From Candidatus Marinacidobacterales bacterium (GTDB lineage Bacteria > Acidobacteriota > Vicinamibacteria > Marinacidobacterales > SMYC01): 64,000 nt of DNA. Positions 62,168-64,000 of this stretch are shown here, in pieces (position 1 is the first letter of the stretch; each line of letters opens with the position of its first letter). Below the pieces are notes generated by a model, which saw only the letters and a program-made list of their open reading frames with translations, did not search any database and was not told the DNA's origin. Both the position numbers and the translations under genes were made by a program. Location: positions 6,208,001 through 6,272,000 of the forward strand of contig OZ250169.1 in the NCBI GenBank assembly GCA_965237955.1, in the 5' to 3' direction.

Positions 62168-63164
62168 GAAGTGTCTCCTGATTCCGACGGCGCGCGTGTC
62201 GCCGAAGGTATCGCAGCACGCTCTCGAGGACGAGTGGATCGTCTCCGCTTCCCCGAAACCACTCGACTCCCTCTTCACGCCGGAACCACGTCATTTGCCG
62301 CTTGGCGTATTGTGACGTAGCGATGGCTATGAGCTCCTGGGCGCGGCGGAGATCGAGCTTGCCGGACAAGTAGCCGAGCGTCTCGCGATATCCAATCGCT
62401 TTGAACGCGGGAATGTTATCTCCATACTCTTGCCGAAGCTCCCGCACCTCGGATGCAAAGCCTTCGTCGAACATCCGCGTTACGCGACGATCGATTCTGC
62501 GCGCGAGTGCGGATTTGCTAGGCTCGAGGCCTACTAGTATAGCCTGGAAGCCTGCAATCGGGCTCACGCGCTCAGCCATAAGCGCACTCATGGGACGCCC
62601 GGTCTGAATACGAACTTCGAGTGCGCGCTCCAGCCGAACCCGATCGTTGGGATGGATGCGCTCGGCGGAGACCGGATCCCATCGCTTCAACAGACGATGA
62701 AGCGCGGGTGTTCCCCTCCGCGCGGCAATCCCTGCGAGTCGCTCTCGAATTTCCGGCAAACGTCCCGGCCCATCGAAGAGCCCACGCAAAAGCGCGCGCA
62801 GATAGAGCCCGGTGCCACCGACGACGAGGGGCAGTTTGCCACGCTCGGCAATGTCATCGATCACCGGCGCCGCGTGAGCGATGTAGCTGGCCGCCGAGAA
62901 CTCTTCGTTAGGCGATATCAGGCTGACGAGATGGTGCGGGATGCCGCGCCGGCCGCTCGGCCGGACCTTGGCGGTGCCGATATCGAGGCCCCGGTACACC
63001 TGGAGTGCATCGCAGTTGACGATCTCAGCGTCGAGCTCACGCGCGAGCACGAGGGCGAGCTCGCTCTTCCCGGATCCGGTTGGTCCAACGATGGCGACGA
63101 GATCGCGCCGTGGCGATCTCAATGCCTGCGGGCTCACGTCGCTCACGATCACGAGGCTAGCCAC
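62148..63164 (-). CDS. miaA: tRNA dimethylallyltransferase
   Basis: GPTGSGKS, DALQVYRGLDIGTAK, GGTGLY, YAKRQMTWFR; start uncertain. Confidence 0.95.
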   Translation of the reverse strand: MASLVIVSDVSPQALRSPRRDLVAIVGPTGSGKSELALVLARELDAEIVNCDALQVYRGLDIGTAKVRPSGRRGIPHHLVSLISPNEEFSAASYIAHAAPVIDDIAERGKLPLVVGGTGLYLRALLRGLFDGPGRLPEIRERLAGIAARRGTPALHRLLKRWDPVSAERIHPNDRVRLERALEVRIQTGRPMSALMAERVSPIAGFQAILVGLEPSKSALARRIDRRVTRMFDEGFASEVRELRQEYGDNIPAFKAIGYRETLGYLSGKLDLRRAQELIAIATSQYAKRQMTWFRREEGVEWFRGSGDDPLVLESVLRYLRRHARRRNQETLHAETAS

Positions 63165-63251
63165 CTGCCGACGAGGAAAGCCAAGAGGAGAGCTCCGAGG
63201 AGAGAAGCACCGACTAACTGTGCGCGCGTAAACGCGGCCCCCGAGGCCACG

Positions 63252-64000
63252 CTAGACACCGCCGTTCTGCATTTCGCGAAACAGCTGGATGAGCTGGCTC
63301 TCGTGCGAGGCGCCCAAAGTACGCTTGACGGCCAGAAGCTCCGAGTACAGCAACTCGTTCAGCGAGGAGATCAATTGATCGCGCCGCGTGTCGTCGGGAA
63401 TACGCTGCAGATTGCGTTCGATCTGTGCTGGGTCGAGAGCACCGTCCTGTCTCAAGCGCACACGCTCGAATAGGGATCCGGGTCTCTCTTTCAGCTCTTT
63501 CAAATACTTCTCGAGGATGATCTCGGCAATCGGTCCTACTTCGTTCGACATGTGTCGGAAGAGATTGCGGAACATCTCGTTGTACAAGTCGACGACCGCC
63601 GCATAATCCTGACCGTCGTTCAGGGTCTGCTGCAGTGGAGCTTGTCTGGGGCCGCGGGATTTCAGAGTACGGATGGATAGGAAAGTATGGAGAACTTTGC
63701 GGGTCTCGGCCTCGCCGATCTCGCTCTCTTGGCAAATCTCGAACACGGTGCGCTTGCCGTCCGTGAGCTGGAGGACGTGACGTTCGTGTGGCTCGAGCTC
63801 GACCGGCGGATCTTTATCGGTGCGCTCGACGACGGAGTCGGTGGAGATGAAGTGCTCTCGGATCGCGCCGGTGCCGTCGGAGCGGCGAATACCTTCGACG
63901 ACGAGCTTCTCGACATCGAGATCGAACGTGATCTTCTCTCGCCGTGGAAGGTCATCCTCCTCGAAATGGAAGTAGCCGTCCTCCCAGTTGAAGATGCTCC
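63252..64000 (-). CDS. DUF4388 domain protein (5'-partial)
   Basis: IFNWEDGYFHFEE...LVVEGIRR...LTDGKRTVFEI; frame open to the window edge. Confidence 0.75.
   Translation of the reverse strand, partial: SIFNWEDGYFHFEEDDLPRREKITFDLDVEKLVVEGIRRSDGTGAIREHFISTDSVVERTDKDPPVELEPHERHVLQLTDGKRTVFEICQESEIGEAETRKVLHTFLSIRTLKSRGPRQAPLQQTLNDGQDYAAVVDLYNEMFRNLFRHMSNEVGPIAEIILEKYLKELKERPGSLFERVRLRQDGALDPAQIERNLQRIPDDTRRDQLISSLNELLYSELLAVKRTLGASHESQLIQLFREMQNGGV

Noticed and set aside
1-64000. tRNA or rRNA genes, including selC
   Set aside because: No cloverleaf or rRNA signature recognised by eye; tRNAscan-SE would confirm.

Overview
High-GC bacterial chromosomal window. Gene content (several Ser/Thr kinases incl. 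kinase-PD40 and kinase-J-domain fusions, DUF4388, many TPR proteins) suggests Acidobacteriota; this is inference. Core genes: hom, tsaC, rhlE, xerD, murJ, a 10-gene Mrp Na+/H+ antiporter operon, rpsT/holA/lptE/leuS, mutY, miaA-hfq, and yceD-rpmF-fabD-fabG-acpP-fabF (no plsX/fabH). Two mobile-element clusters: (i) a truncated group II intron inserted antisense in a kinase GMG motif and itself hit by a 991-bp IS-like element; (ii) an IS481 interrupted by an IS21 with a 16-bp direct repeat, next to an HNH gene. Best non-obvious signals: a candidate structured ncRNA at ~50933-51150 behind a sigma-54 promoter, a UxxC selenoprotein DsbA with an fdhF-like SECIS, four sigma-54 promoters, and dispersed palindromic 7-mer/9-mer repeats. 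Many isolated single-base frameshifts probably reflect long-read errors. All pairings and family calls were made by eye.
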